Below are positions 21,032 through 31,735 of a stretch of DNA of 64,000 nt, piece after piece. The stretch lies in the sequence record SRR31156797_3598; one strand, given 5' to 3'. Positions within the stretch are counted from its first letter, which is position 1, and each line of letters begins with the position of its first letter. The notes beneath the pieces were generated by a model. The model was given only the letters and a program-made list of their open reading frames with translations, made no database searches and was not told where the DNA came from. A program made the position numbers and the translations under genes.

Positions 21032-21199
21032 ATGGCTGCTATGAGTGTTCAGAAGAAAGACAACAATAAAAACCAAATGGAGCAACTTCAGAATATGCTG
21101 AAAGAGATGTTCCAAACAAGTTTCTACGGTTCTGTTGAAGTCAAATTCGAAGCCGGCCGAGTAACAATCGTTCGGAAAACAGAGTCGATGAAAATTTAA
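21032..21199 (+). CDS. 55-aa small protein, DUF2292/YezD-like
   Basis: GGAGG RBS; MAAMSVQKK...FYGSVEVKFEAGRVTIVRKTESMKI; below ORF-track cutoff. Confidence 0.75.
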   Translation: MAAMSVQKKDNNKNQMEQLQNMLKEMFQTSFYGSVEVKFEAGRVTIVRKTESMKI

Positions 21200-21220
21200 C
21201 AATTAAATAGATCCATATTT

Positions 21221-21251
21221 AAAAGGGGAGCTTTCGGGCTCCCTTTTTTTA
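21221..21251 (+). terminator. Rho-independent terminator of the fliC operon
   Basis: AAAAGGGGAGC-TTTCGG-GCTCCCTTTTTTT. Confidence 0.85.
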
Positions 21252-21373
21252 TGTGCAGGCAGCACAGGTATAATCGAAACATATGAAACGCTCACCTTTT
21301 TATAGTCGCTTACAATTATGTACAATTGATCAAATATGATATACACTCAAAAAAATACTAAATTGGAGTTATT

Positions 21374-22171
21374 ATGAAAGTTGTAACTTTTAACGTAAAT
21401 AGCGTAAGGATAAGGCTTCATCAGCTTGAAAAATTAATAGAGAAACACGATCCGGATATTATCGGGCTTCAGGAGACAAAGGTTCGTGACGAAGAATTCC
21501 CTGTGGAAGAGATAAATAAGCTCGGCTACCATGTTGAGTTTTACGGTCAGAAAACACACTATGGTGTGGCTATCATGTCGAAAGAGAAGCCTACTGCGGT
21601 TCAGAAAGGATTCCCTACTGATGGTGAAGATGCGCAGCGCAGAATGATTATGTGCGACTTTGGTGACGTTAAGTTTATAAATGGCTACTTTCCGCAAGGG
21701 GAGGCGAGGGATCATCCTGTGAAATTTCCTGCGAAAGAGAAATTTTATGCTGATCTGTCAGCTTATCTTGATGAGCACTGTAAACCTACAGACAAGATCA
21801 TACTTGTGGGTGATATGAACGTCGCTCCGACAGAGTTCGATATAGGGATAAAGCCTGATAGCGTTAAACGCTGGCTGAAACAGGGGAAGACAAGCTTCCT
21901 ACCGGAAGAGCGTGAGTGGCTCCAAAAAGTTTCTGACTGGGGGCTTACTGAGTTATATCGTAAGATGTTTCCTGAATCTGATGAATTTATGAGCTGGTTT
22001 GATTACCGGAGCAAAGGGTTTGAGAGAGAGCCGAAGAACGGGCTGCGTATAGATCTTATTATGGCAACATCGCCGCTTGCTGATACGTCTCAGGATGCAG
22101 GGATCGACTACGAAATACGAGGTATGGAAAAACCCTCAGATCATGCACCAGTCTGGGTAAAATTTAGTTAA
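21374..22171 (+). CDS. xth: Exodeoxyribonuclease III
   Basis: TFNVNS, LQETK, GDMNVAP, GLRID, PSDHAPV. Confidence 0.96.
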   Translation: MKVVTFNVNSVRIRLHQLEKLIEKHDPDIIGLQETKVRDEEFPVEEINKLGYHVEFYGQKTHYGVAIMSKEKPTAVQKGFPTDGEDAQRRMIMCDFGDVKFINGYFPQGEARDHPVKFPAKEKFYADLSAYLDEHCKPTDKIILVGDMNVAPTEFDIGIKPDSVKRWLKQGKTSFLPEEREWLQKVSDWGLTELYRKMFPESDEFMSWFDYRSKGFEREPKNGLRIDLIMATSPLADTSQDAGIDYEIRGMEKPSDHAPVWVKFS

Positions 22172-22355
22172 AATATTATTTAAAAAATATAAGCATATAT
22201 CTTATTAATTTATTGTTGATATTTATTTAGTTGTGAAAAATTTAATTAAAAATAGTATGAAAAAATATTTCTCTGACATCTTGATGAAAACAAATCAAAT
22301 TGCCATTGTTATACGGTCTGCTAAACTGAATAGAATAGAAATTGGAGAGTGAAAA

Positions 22356-22865
22356 GTGGGTAAGTTTCTTGAACTGGTGACTACGGAGTGCGGATGGGAA
22401 TATGTTAAGAGGGTGAATTGTGCTGGTGTTGTACTGGTGCTCGTTTACCACACTGACAGGGAAGAGTATCTCATGGTTGAGCAGTATCGACCGCCTATTA
22501 AGTGCCGTGTTCAGGAGTGGCCTGCGGGGCTTATTGACGATGGGGAAACTCCGGGTGAAGCTGCTATCAGAGAGCTTTACGAAGAAACAGGTGTAAAAGT
22601 TGCTGAAGCTGACCTGATCGATCTGGGTAAAATTTTCAGTGGTGTGGGTATGACAGATGAGCAGGTGAACCTGTTTGCGCTCGAAATAGATAATGATACA
22701 CAGATAGATGTGCCGGACATTCAGGGCGCAGAGATAGAGCATGACCTCACCACCGTGTGGATAAAAGAGACGGAGCTGTACACGGTGAAGGCCGCAAAGG
22801 CACTATCTGTTCTAGTGCGTTACAAAGCGATTAAGCATAATCCTGATATAGTCTTTCAGGACTAG
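22356..22865 (+). CDS. NUDIX hydrolase (ADP-ribose pyrophosphatase-like)
   Basis: QYRPP, PAGLIDDGETPGEAAIRELYEETG Nudix box. Confidence 0.9.
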   Translation: MGKFLELVTTECGWEYVKRVNCAGVVLVLVYHTDREEYLMVEQYRPPIKCRVQEWPAGLIDDGETPGEAAIRELYEETGVKVAEADLIDLGKIFSGVGMTDEQVNLFALEIDNDTQIDVPDIQGAEIEHDLTTVWIKETELYTVKAAKALSVLVRYKAIKHNPDIVFQD

Positions 22866-23635
22866 CCCATAAGCTGTTTAAGCTCAATTTGCCTTTTAAA
22901 AACGTATTTGATGATAAGGTTTCTGTCAGATTCTTTCTCAATGTTGAATTTGAAGCTGACTTCTGTCTTCTCCTGAATACGTTTAGATCTGATACAAGTA
23001 CAGCGGATGTCTTCGCCGCCCTCGATTTCACTAGACATATCCAGCCCGAAAACCTGACCTTTATCAAGAAATTCGTCAGTAATGAGTTTACCGCCGCCGC
23101 CTGAGAGGTCTACAACTCTGCAGTCGATCTTTTTATGCGGTATTTTCATTGATTTATCAGGCACCTTGGCATAGAAGATTTTCACTTTCGCCTTAACGTT
23201 AGTTGTCACTCTGAAGAATTCTCTGAGCTGATTTCTATTTATAATCTTAGGTATTTTGATCTGGATGAAGCTTAAGCTCCCTTCCACATGTTTGCCTATA
23301 ACCTCAGATTCAAAATTAAACCGCCCATCGTTGCTCACGTATTCTAGGCTGATTTTTGTACCCGGTAGCATAGGGATAGGAACGCCATCCTCTGATGGGT
23401 GGGATATTAGAATAGCCTTTTTAGTGATATCTTCAACCCGGGAATCGTAAACGCCGGTGTAGTCCGCACGCTTAATCCCAATTGACAACTTAGTATTAAT
23501 GTTTATGTAATCTTCTAAGTTTTTTACTTTCTCTTTCATTTTGCTATTGCCCTCAACAAAAAATAATTCGAAAAAATCATCATCGTTCCTACTATTAGAA
23601 TCGACCAATTTCTGGAAAATCTCAAGTCCTAACAT
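22862..23635 (-). CDS. YcgR/PilZ flagellar brake-like c-di-GMP receptor
   Basis: QLREFFRV (RxxxR) and DLSGGG (DxSxxG); alternative start at 23539. Confidence 0.85.
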   Translation of the reverse strand: MLGLEIFQKLVDSNSRNDDDFFELFFVEGNSKMKEKVKNLEDYININTKLSIGIKRADYTGVYDSRVEDITKKAILISHPSEDGVPIPMLPGTKISLEYVSNDGRFNFESEVIGKHVEGSLSFIQIKIPKIINRNQLREFFRVTTNVKAKVKIFYAKVPDKSMKIPHKKIDCRVVDLSGGGGKLITDEFLDKGQVFGLDMSSEIEGGEDIRCTCIRSKRIQEKTEVSFKFNIEKESDRNLIIKYVFKRQIELKQLMG

Positions 23636-23843
23636 CTCTAACCCCCAGGCTAAAACCGCTTTTGGGTAAAAATAACATCTGATTCAGCGGTTCTTGTGTT
23701 TTAAAACAGTTTTTATGCCGGTTTTGGTAGACCGGAGAAGACGGGGTCTTCCTGATGCCTCACGCGATCTGCTCTGGTGGCTGATTATAGAGCTTTGTCG
23801 GTGTAAGTATTTATAACGCAAAAAATATGCCTGAAAATAATGG

Positions 23844-23871
23844 TAAATTTTTCCTCATCTTTGGACGATTT
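23844..23871 (+). promoter_or_regulatory. Putative sigma28 promoter
   Basis: TAAA-N16-GACGATTT, nearly the same as the element upstream of fliC. Confidence 0.4.
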
Positions 23872-23951
23872 AACTGAGGCAGGGTCAAATGAGTTGTAGA
23901 TTCTGCATGAAGTAAAGTATATTATATATTCATATAAGACAGGAGTTGTGA

Positions 23952-24518
23952 ATGGATTGGGAGTTTAGTGCTTCACAAATTATTGAGGGCGAGTACGAGC
24001 TGTCGCTTACAGATTTTACTAAAAAGCTTTACGACAAAACCACCGAGATGGCGGCTATGTCTATTGAAGCTACGGTGAGTCTGGATAATGTGATAGATCA
24101 GGCTATCGACCCTCTGGAAGATCATCGTATTCAGTATTTTATATGCTATTATAATTTTGTTCTGTCTCTCTCCACCGGAAGGAGCCGTAGGCAGTATATA
24201 GCTCATACTAAAAAGATTAACTTCTCAAAAGATATAAAAGATAAATTTACAGATAAGAAATTTCTTATAGCTCTTGAGAAAGAATCTGCTGAGGAAGTTA
24301 ATATATTTATGGCTGTGCTTAAGAGTTTTGTATCAGGACTTATCGAATCGGGTACAAGCACATCAAGACTGCCGCAGATGCTTTTAATGCAGCAGCTTAA
24401 CTCTTTCTCCTCTATCATACCTAGTGTTATGAAGAACGAGAGTGCGAGAAATATGCTTATGAGTATAGACTTTGAGCAGAGTTTTATAGGCGGAACCTTT
24501 AAGAAAATCTTTAAGTAG
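23952..24518 (+). CDS. Hypothetical protein
   Basis: AGGAG RBS, 188 aa, no recognised motif. Confidence 0.8.
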   Translation: MDWEFSASQIIEGEYELSLTDFTKKLYDKTTEMAAMSIEATVSLDNVIDQAIDPLEDHRIQYFICYYNFVLSLSTGRSRRQYIAHTKKINFSKDIKDKFTDKKFLIALEKESAEEVNIFMAVLKSFVSGLIESGTSTSRLPQMLLMQQLNSFSSIIPSVMKNESARNMLMSIDFEQSFIGGTFKKIFK

Positions 24519-24527
24519 TGGTGATTT

Positions 24528-25307
24528 ATGTCTAAGGAAACGTCCAGAGACCTTAAACTTTTAAAGCTGACTGGTAAGCCTGGTGACACAAGGGCTATAA
24601 CCATAGGTTATGTCCTTTATGAGCTCGATATAGTGCGTACAAATTCTGAGATTATTATTAATTCAATGATAATCCCTATCGCCAAGAATGATTCTGAAGG
24701 CGAAACTCAGGCTGAGCATCATGTTGAGGACGGTCCCGCTGCACAGACTAATATGTTCAAAAGAGAGAATAAGTTATCGTGTAATGTTGACCTTGTCTCT
24801 CAGACAATACGTTTCCCTCATCTTAACAGATTTAAGCTTTCCAAAGCGTATAGAGGCTACGGTTTAAGTTCGTACGCTATGAATGAAATAGTGACCATTA
24901 TAAAGCACAGCTACCCTAGTTTTGTGGTAGATCCGATCGGGTTTTCGTTCAGCGATGCAGGTGATGACGTTGACCGGAGTGCATTTTTCGCTTTTATGGA
25001 AAAGTTTGGTTTCTGGTTTAACTTCGATGGTGACGACAACAGTAAGGGTGTTCTTAATATTGAGCGTGCTGAGATGCTTAAGCAGGTGGCGAAAAAAGAT
25101 AATATCGTAGAGCTTGAAATGGCGCAGTTCGTTAGGAGCCTATTCGCAGAGAGATCAAAGCTTCAGGACGAGATGAGCCGTATTAAAATTGAGTTTAAAG
25201 ATAAAAACAAGGCGTTTGACCGCTTTGAAAAAGACCAGCTCATCACTTTTCTTCTTAATGTTGTGGGCGCACTTGCCCTTTTACTTCTTTTAATTCTGTT
25301 TATTTAG
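24528..25307 (+). CDS. Hypothetical GNAT-like protein with C-terminal coiled coil and TM anchor
   Basis: YRGYGLSS (motif A-like), [10 protein letters not shown] (motif B-like), hydrophobic C-terminus. Confidence 0.6.
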   Translation: MSKETSRDLKLLKLTGKPGDTRAITIGYVLYELDIVRTNSEIIINSMIIPIAKNDSEGETQAEHHVEDGPAAQTNMFKRENKLSCNVDLVSQTIRFPHLNRFKLSKAYRGYGLSSYAMNEIVTIIKHSYPSFVVDPIGFSFSDAGDDVDRSAFFAFMEKFGFWFNFDGDDNSKGVLNIERAEMLKQVAKKDNIVELEMAQFVRSLFAERSKLQDEMSRIKIEFKDKNKAFDRFEKDQLITFLLNVVGALALLLLLILFI

Positions 25308-27123
25308 ATATCTTCGCCGCTTCATCAAGAAGCACTTGCGGATTAAATCCAACTCTGAGCGCTCCCCAATGTTTACCCTTTACGAATATAGGCATACTGA
25401 GATCGTTAAGTATCTCACCAGTGTCTCTTGCGTATGTCTGCATGAGGAAAGGCATGGTGTTGGCAGCAGCTCTGGAGCCTGCGTGGTCGTTGAAGATTCT
25501 CTTATCTCTGCTCTTTGCTGTATCTACTTCAAGGTCGCCTGTCGGTTTATTTGCGATACTCTTATTGTGTGTAGGTGCGTATCCGTTTTTGTCTACACCT
25601 AGGGTAAATACACAACCTTTGATGGTGCGGAGAAGTTGTTCTGATATATCCTGAAAGTAGTTTTCAACTTTTGAATCGTATTTAGTAGAGAATTTCTGGG
25701 GTGCTGTGCCTGGTATCTCTTTATAAGATGTATCGAAAATGTCTATACCAGTCTCTGATATTTCAGTAAGGTATTTTTCGTACTGCTCTTTTGTCTTTAC
25801 AGCTTCTGCGAGTATCGTCTCCATGTAGCCGAGACCAATCTTAAACTGTGTCACTCTGTCCTGAATGTTTTCTATCCTCTGGTTTAGGTTGGTGGTATTC
25901 GATGCTGATTCGTGCATCTTGCCAGTAACTTCTGATGCGAGGTTGTTGATCATATTTACATTTTCAAATACAGCAGTGTTTACATTGCTGAATTCGTCGA
26001 GGGACTCCGTGATCTCGTTAACCCCTCTACCTGTCTCTTCAAAATCGTGAACCATAAGCTCGAAGCTTTCAGATGTGTGGTTTACAACATCTCTCGTCTG
26101 AGTTATATAATCACCTATCTGAGTTGTCTGGGTTTCTGTATGTTTAACCTGACCTATCATGCTGTTAATGTTAGAAGATATCTCTTCTGTCGCTGATTTA
26201 ACTCTCTCTGCGAGCTTTCTGACCTCATCAGCAACAACAGCAAATCCTCGTCCAGCTTCTCCGGCTCTTGCGGCTTCTATTGCAGCGTTAAGGGCGAGTA
26301 GGTTGGTCTGGTCTGATATATCTTCGATGAGGGATACTATGTCTCTGATATTTTCTGAGTTTTGTGTGAGCTCTGTTACGGTTTCGTGGAACTCAGAGAG
26401 CATAGAGCTTATTGAGTCCATGTTAGTTGTAAGAGCGAGCATCTCTTTCTGTGATGCCTGCGCACCCTGAAGGTTTTGGTTAGAAGCATCACTGATAGAT
26501 ACTGAGTTCGACCGGATGCTTTCGATAGATTCGTTAGTTCTCGAGCTCGCTTCGTATATTTCAGCTGAGAGCTGCTGCTGGTGCTCAACTTCGTTGGATG
26601 ACTGCTTAACACTCAGCACAACATGGGCAGACTCGACACCAATCTGAACGCTTAGTAGTCTAACTTCGAGGAGGATGCTCCTTAGCTTAGCCATGAACTG
26701 GTTGTAGTTATGCGCCAGATCACGCATTTCGTCATATGTTAATAAAGGCATGTCTTTAGAGAGGTCGTTTCCGCCGTCGCCTATCTCTTTAAAAACGGCA
26801 CCAATCCTTTTAATAGGCTTTACTATGAGATATGTGAGCATGAACATCATGAAGAATAGTGCAACCAATGTGAGGAAAAGGAAAACAAGCGGTACAGCAA
26901 ATATCTCAGTTAAGCTTGTGATGATCGCCTGAATCTCTTCAGGATCAGCACAGAGACCGTTAAGTGTCTCTATAACTACACTTTTTGTTCGGGCAAAAGT
27001 ACCTATTGCTATAGTCTGAAGGAGAACTATGAAAAGAATTGTTCCGTACAGTTTCCTCCTGAGTGTATTGAAAATATTTTTTTCCAAACTTGTATATATA
27101 CTCTTAAACATGTGTGACCCCAT
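25300..27123 (-). CDS. Methyl-accepting chemotaxis protein with extra C-terminal domain
   Basis: 2 [37 protein letters not shown]. Confidence 0.95.
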   Translation of the reverse strand: MGSHMFKSIYTSLEKNIFNTLRRKLYGTILFIVLLQTIAIGTFARTKSVVIETLNGLCADPEEIQAIITSLTEIFAVPLVFLFLTLVALFFMMFMLTYLIVKPIKRIGAVFKEIGDGGNDLSKDMPLLTYDEMRDLAHNYNQFMAKLRSILLEVRLLSVQIGVESAHVVLSVKQSSNEVEHQQQLSAEIYEASSRTNESIESIRSNSVSISDASNQNLQGAQASQKEMLALTTNMDSISSMLSEFHETVTELTQNSENIRDIVSLIEDISDQTNLLALNAAIEAARAGEAGRGFAVVADEVRKLAERVKSATEEISSNINSMIGQVKHTETQTTQIGDYITQTRDVVNHTSESFELMVHDFEETGRGVNEITESLDEFSNVNTAVFENVNMINNLASEVTGKMHESASNTTNLNQRIENIQDRVTQFKIGLGYMETILAEAVKTKEQYEKYLTEISETGIDIFDTSYKEIPGTAPQKFSTKYDSKVENYFQDISEQLLRTIKGCVFTLGVDKNGYAPTHNKSIANKPTGDLEVDTAKSRDKRIFNDHAGSRAAANTMPFLMQTYARDTGEILNDLSMPIFVKGKHWGALRVGFNPQVLLDEAAKISK

Positions 27124-27217
27124 TTTGAGATGTTGTTCTAATATTTGAATATATAAGAAAAAATTTGTTAATGCAATATTAAAATTATGTGTAACTTATT
27201 AAGACCAAAAAGGTAAT

Positions 27218-27472
27218 TTAAAGATGAAACTTTAGTCCGTTAATTTTTTTTATAGCTTTATAAGTATTTTGTAATTCATCAAAGCTTGTAATTTCAGTTG
27301 TTATTGATACTGAAATGTAACTACCATTACTGCTAGGTCTTTTAGCGAAGGAGTCTATTTCTTTCTCTTTGAATACATTTCTAACATCGTTTATAAATTC
27401 GTCACTATTAACACCCATCGCTTTGAAAGTGTAAATTACAGGGAACTCCATCATCTCTTTCATATTTGACAT
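27218..27472 (-). CDS. DUF493/YbeD family protein
   Basis: EFPVIYTFKAMG, SSNGSYISVSI. Confidence 0.85.
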   Translation of the reverse strand: MSNMKEMMEFPVIYTFKAMGVNSDEFINDVRNVFKEKEIDSFAKRPSSNGSYISVSITTEITSFDELQNTYKAIKKINGLKFHL

Positions 27473-27473
27473 C

Positions 27474-28160
27474 TTACTTCACCTTTTTCATTCTGAAAAA
27501 ATGCACACCGAGCTCAGGTACAAATTTTCGGTAGTATTTTGTAGGGATGTAGTCGTCAAGTTTTTCAATGTATACAGTGTCATATACCGACTTGAGGTTA
27601 CTGACAGGTTTAAGGTTTTCAACAATTTCCTCGGCGTAGTCTATCTGGTCTGTAGCCATGCAGAGAGTGCCGCCAGGTTTAAGCTTACGAACCAGTAGTT
27701 CGATGAATTTTGTCTTGAGTATTCTGCGTTTTTTATGCCTCTTTTTCGGCCATGGGTCTGGAAAGTTGACGTAGAAGTTATCCACTGATTCGTCCTCAAG
27801 GATAGAGACGAAGAAAGTAGCATCGAAATGTATCATACGAATGTTGTCACTTTCAACTTGTCTGGCTTTTATTATGGCTTTGTTAAAGATGCGTTTCATC
27901 ACCTCAAAACCGAGGTAATTCTGGTCTGGATTTTTCTTGGCATATTCAGATGAGAACTCACCGTTTCCTATACCAATCTCAATATTAAACGGCTTATCGT
28001 TACCGAAGAAATCTGCACCTGTAAGTCTTTCGTAACCTGCGTATTCTCCGCCGTGACCATACTTCTGAATCTTCTCTGTCTGCTCTCTTATATGGTCGGC
28101 ATAAATGTATATATTTTCCTCGAAACTAAGGTCGAGTTTGACCTTTTCGTTATTGTTCAT
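27474..28160 (-). CDS. trmB: tRNA (guanine-N7) methyltransferase
   Basis: EIGIGNG, NFPDPWPKKRHKKRR, ATD. Confidence 0.95.
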   Translation of the reverse strand: MNNNEKVKLDLSFEENIYIYADHIREQTEKIQKYGHGGEYAGYERLTGADFFGNDKPFNIEIGIGNGEFSSEYAKKNPDQNYLGFEVMKRIFNKAIIKARQVESDNIRMIHFDATFFVSILEDESVDNFYVNFPDPWPKKRHKKRRILKTKFIELLVRKLKPGGTLCMATDQIDYAEEIVENLKPVSNLKSVYDTVYIEKLDDYIPTKYYRKFVPELGVHFFRMKKVK

Positions 28161-28283
28161 TATGATACCCCTTAGTCTATTTAGCCCTTTAAAACATGTA
28201 CATTTTATTGTTAAAAAAATGCTTGGTTTCAAACGGGTTTTATGCTAGCATCTTAAGCTCTTGAAATCAAGGAGGTAGGTACG

Positions 28284-28472
28284 ATGGCCAAGAGATGTGA
28301 AGTCTGCGGTAAAGGTCCTATGTTCGGCCACCAGATCAGCCACGCGCATAATGTAAGCAGAAGGGTATTTTACCCTAACGTACATAGAATCAGAGTTGTT
28401 GAAGAAGGCAAAGTGGTTCGCAAAAAAGTCTGCACTAAGTGCATGAAAGCCGGCAAAGTTCAGAAAGCCTAA
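28284..28472 (+). CDS. rpmB: 50S ribosomal protein L28
   Basis: MAKRCEVCGKGP...SHAHN...CTKCMK; AGGAGG RBS. Confidence 0.97.
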   Translation: MAKRCEVCGKGPMFGHQISHAHNVSRRVFYPNVHRIRVVEEGKVVRKKVCTKCMKAGKVQKA

Positions 28473-28534
28473 TTAGTTTTCTTTCGGGTATCAGCAGGTT
28501 AACCTACTGACCCACCGCATAATGAAATGAAAAT

Positions 28535-28559
28535 CAAGCCCGTTCAGGCGGGCTTTTTT
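28535..28559 (+). terminator. Rho-independent terminator after rpmB
   Basis: AAGCCCG-TTCAGG-CGGGCTT followed by a T tract. Confidence 0.8.
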
Positions 28560-28562
28560 CGT

Positions 28563-29528
28563 TTATTTTTTTCTAGTTCTGCCCACAAGACTTATAATGA
28601 AGTAAATAGGGAGTACTATATTTGTACCTAAAAATATCAGTGCGACCACAGCCATATATGCTGTTACATATTTGCGTATGATGCTTCCTGCGGAGTCTTT
28701 CTGTTCATTATAGAAAACTTTTGGATAACCATTTCTGTGTTTTGCGAGATGCTGAATGAATGCTTGCTTAGAATTATATTCAGCCTCAAGTTCGATCATT
28801 TCAAGGACGTTACTTCCATTTATTGCTTGGATGCTTGCAAAGGCGCTTTTGTCTCCGAAGTAAGGGTGGTCAGATACCTGCTTGCCTGTCATACAGTGGT
28901 TTTCACCGCCGAACTGATTAAACCGCATCCAGCCGTTATTTAGCATAGCGTCAGAAAATTCCTTATATGACATCACTTCGGTTTCAGATGAGACAGACAT
29001 AGCGAAATAAGGGTCGATATATACCCATTTTCTGCCGTCGAACACCTCTGCACCGTAGTGGATGCCGTTAGATATTATGCGTGCTTCAAGCCCTGATGCT
29101 GTGGCGAGCAGAGTGAAAATTTGTGCAAAGTCCTTAGCGCACCCTATCTTTTCTGAAGATTTATTTATCTTATCAGTTATGCTTTCACCAGAGAGACATT
29201 CGCCGTCCCCCATGAGGCTGAAAAGTTTTACAATGGCAACCGAACGCTCATAAGGTTCAAGATCGCTCAACTTGCTAAACTCTTCATTAGATATAGAAGT
29301 TTTAGCGAAAATCTCACTCATAGCTTTGTTTATATCATCGTCACTGTCTTTTGCAAAATCAGCGAGGTCTTTCGGCGGTAGTTCAAAATATGAAGCGTCT
29401 CTCTGCTCGGCATAGAGTATCTCGGCTAGTGACGACATCATCAGGTGGTTTTTCCCTGCAAAAACAACTGCGATCATGAGCACAATATTCATCATTACAA
29501 AAGTGGCTATGAAGCGTTCAAATTTCAT
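28563..29528 (-). CDS. Transglutaminase-like protein with N- and C-terminal TMs
   Basis: GCAKDFA (Cys), HYGAEV (His), WVYIDP (Asp) triad. Confidence 0.75.
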   Translation of the reverse strand: MKFERFIATFVMMNIVLMIAVVFAGKNHLMMSSLAEILYAEQRDASYFELPPKDLADFAKDSDDDINKAMSEIFAKTSISNEEFSKLSDLEPYERSVAIVKLFSLMGDGECLSGESITDKINKSSEKIGCAKDFAQIFTLLATASGLEARIISNGIHYGAEVFDGRKWVYIDPYFAMSVSSETEVMSYKEFSDAMLNNGWMRFNQFGGENHCMTGKQVSDHPYFGDKSAFASIQAINGSNVLEMIELEAEYNSKQAFIQHLAKHRNGYPKVFYNEQKDSAGSIIRKYVTAYMAVVALIFLGTNIVLPIYFIISLVGRTRKK

Positions 29529-29629
29529 ATAGATATCCTAGAAAAGTCTTTTGATAAATATAGACTGATAAGTGATGATTTACAAAGAAAAAAGGGTGCA
29601 GAGTTATCCGCACCCCATATTTTGATAAG

Positions 29630-31570
29630 TTATTTTGTCTTAAGAGCAGAAACAGTTGTACTCATATCCTCTGCCTGCTGGCTGAGTTCGTCGATAGTTT
29701 TTGTTATTTCATTAACAGTAGCTGAGCTTTGATCGAGACCCGATGAGACAGATTGAATGCTGTCGTTTACGTTCTCGATAGCTGTATTCTGCTCAGTCAC
29801 TGATGCGTTGATAAGGTCGTTTGCGGTTACAACATCCTCAATAGCCTCAACAATACTGTTGAAGACTGACACAGTTGCTTCAAGAGATTCTACACCGTTT
29901 TCTACTTCCTTCTCTGTTTTCTGCATATTATTTGAAGCGACACCAGCCTCATTCTGAAGTGCCTTGATAATCGAATCGACTTCCTGAATAGCGCTCTGAG
30001 TTCTCTCTGCGAGCTTTCTGACTTCATCTGCTACTACTGCAAAGCCTCTACCAGCCTCGCCAGCTCTTGCCGCCTCGATAGCTGCGTTGAGAGCAAGAAG
30101 GTTTGTCTGATCAGCGATATCATTTATGACATTGAGAATTTCACTGATTTCATTAGATGAATTAGTAAGGTTTGATATGGTTTTGGAGAGATCAGCAGAC
30201 GAGGTTTTAATCGCTTCGATACTGCCATTTGTTTCACCTAGCCTCACTTTACCCTCATCAGCCTTATCTTTCGCACCGCTGCTCTTCTCTATAATCATGT
30301 TAAGGCTTTCGAGTACCTCAACAGATGACGCCGCCATCTCTTCCATTGCGCTTGCGATAGAGGTTACCTGAGATGTCTGGTCGTTTACTGTTGCGCTAAG
30401 TTCTTCTGATGCGCTTGAAAGTTCAAAACTGCCGGATGCCACACTCTCAGAACTTCCTCTGATAGATTTCGCTATATCGGTAAGGTTCTTCACCATCTTA
30501 GCCATAGAGGCGTAAAGCCCTGATGCATTACTATCATCAACGTCCATGTCAAGTCTGCCTTCTGCTATAAGTTCAGCAAGCTCGCCCATTTCTGATGGTT
30601 CGCCGCCGAGTGGTTTCATCACGCTTCTCCTTATGAAGAAAGCGAATATTACAGCAATCAGAAGTCCGACAACGGATGCGATCATAATTAAGCTGGATAT
30701 CATCTTGTTTTTACTTTGAAGCTCAGGTCCCAGCTTGTCCTGATCAGCTTTTACTGAGAGTTTCACATCCTCCACAGCTTTGGCTATCTGAGGTCCGATT
30801 ACGTCAAGAGTTTTGTGAACGACTTCATTTCTGATATAGATGCGTTGTTCCATCTTTGAGAAAATATCCATGTATTTATTATGATTTGTCAGAAAGTTAG
30901 TAAGCAGTGCTCTCCGCTTAGGGTTCTGAAGTCCTTTATCAAGCGGGGCAAGCAGAATGTCCATCTCAGGTCCAAACTCCTGTCTTACTCTGTCTGCCGT
31001 CTCTTTTTTACCGTCATTTTTGAAAGCTAGAACGTAATATCTTCCAAGCATAAGGTGCTCCTGAAGTCTGCCTGTGTAGTAAGCAGCATCAGGATCCCCG
31101 TCTTTGTATGCAGTTTTCATGATCTCTGTCAGACCTTTACGCATATCAAGCCCAAGTGCTCTCAGCTCGTCAAGAAATTTATTTCTTTCGAGGATAGCAG
31201 TTTCTACCTTAGCAAAAGCCACTTCGTATTTGACGACTGAATTATCAACAAAAGAGATCAGCTTCGCTCGCTCCGGTTTCTGTATCTCGACCTTCGCTTC
31301 ATCTAGGAAGGCTTGCATTTTTTTTACATATTCACTGTATTGCTGTTTGTCTTTTTCACTGTTAGTAATAAGGAAATCTTTGACATTCATGCGCACCATA
31401 AGCATGTTAGCCTGAAGTCTGCCTGCAAGGTTTGTGTCACGTGCGAGGCCTCTGTATTCTGAAAAGCCAGTTGATGATGAGCTGGTCCCGAATATGGATA
31501 TTCCTGATACAGTCATCATTATTACAATTACTACAGCAAAGCCCAAAATAATTAGATTGGATATTCTCAT
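29630..31570 (-). CDS. Methyl-accepting chemotaxis protein with helical periplasmic sensor
   Basis: 2 TM, PLGGEP, MCP signalling hairpin; start at MRISN after GGGGA. Confidence 0.95.
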   Translation of the reverse strand: MRISNLIILGFAVVIVIMMTVSGISIFGTSSSSTGFSEYRGLARDTNLAGRLQANMLMVRMNVKDFLITNSEKDKQQYSEYVKKMQAFLDEAKVEIQKPERAKLISFVDNSVVKYEVAFAKVETAILERNKFLDELRALGLDMRKGLTEIMKTAYKDGDPDAAYYTGRLQEHLMLGRYYVLAFKNDGKKETADRVRQEFGPEMDILLAPLDKGLQNPKRRALLTNFLTNHNKYMDIFSKMEQRIYIRNEVVHKTLDVIGPQIAKAVEDVKLSVKADQDKLGPELQSKNKMISSLIMIASVVGLLIAVIFAFFIRRSVMKPLGGEPSEMGELAELIAEGRLDMDVDDSNASGLYASMAKMVKNLTDIAKSIRGSSESVASGSFELSSASEELSATVNDQTSQVTSIASAMEEMAASSVEVLESLNMIIEKSSGAKDKADEGKVRLGETNGSIEAIKTSSADLSKTISNLTNSSNEISEILNVINDIADQTNLLALNAAIEAARAGEAGRGFAVVADEVRKLAERTQSAIQEVDSIIKALQNEAGVASNNMQKTEKEVENGVESLEATVSVFNSIVEAIEDVVTANDLINASVTEQNTAIENVNDSIQSVSSGLDQSSATVNEITKTIDELSQQAEDMSTTVSALKTK

Positions 31571-31735
31571 TAAATTCCCCCGAGGAAGCATATTTATAAT
31601 ACTTTGATTATAACACTATATTTTTATAATTTAAGATGCATGAGAGTTTTGTCAAACTAATGTTATATATTGGTCTGGAATTGTCTGAATTAAAAGAATA
31701 GAAAAAGCTTAATATAAATATGGTATAAATAATGT

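Noticed and set aside
23700-23800. c-di-GMP-I riboswitch, SRP or 6S RNA call
   Set aside because: Contains TCCGGTCTA but lacks the GCAAA/GNRA P2 and ACGCAAAG elements; no SRP GGAA/AGCAG motif; no long 6S-type rod evident.
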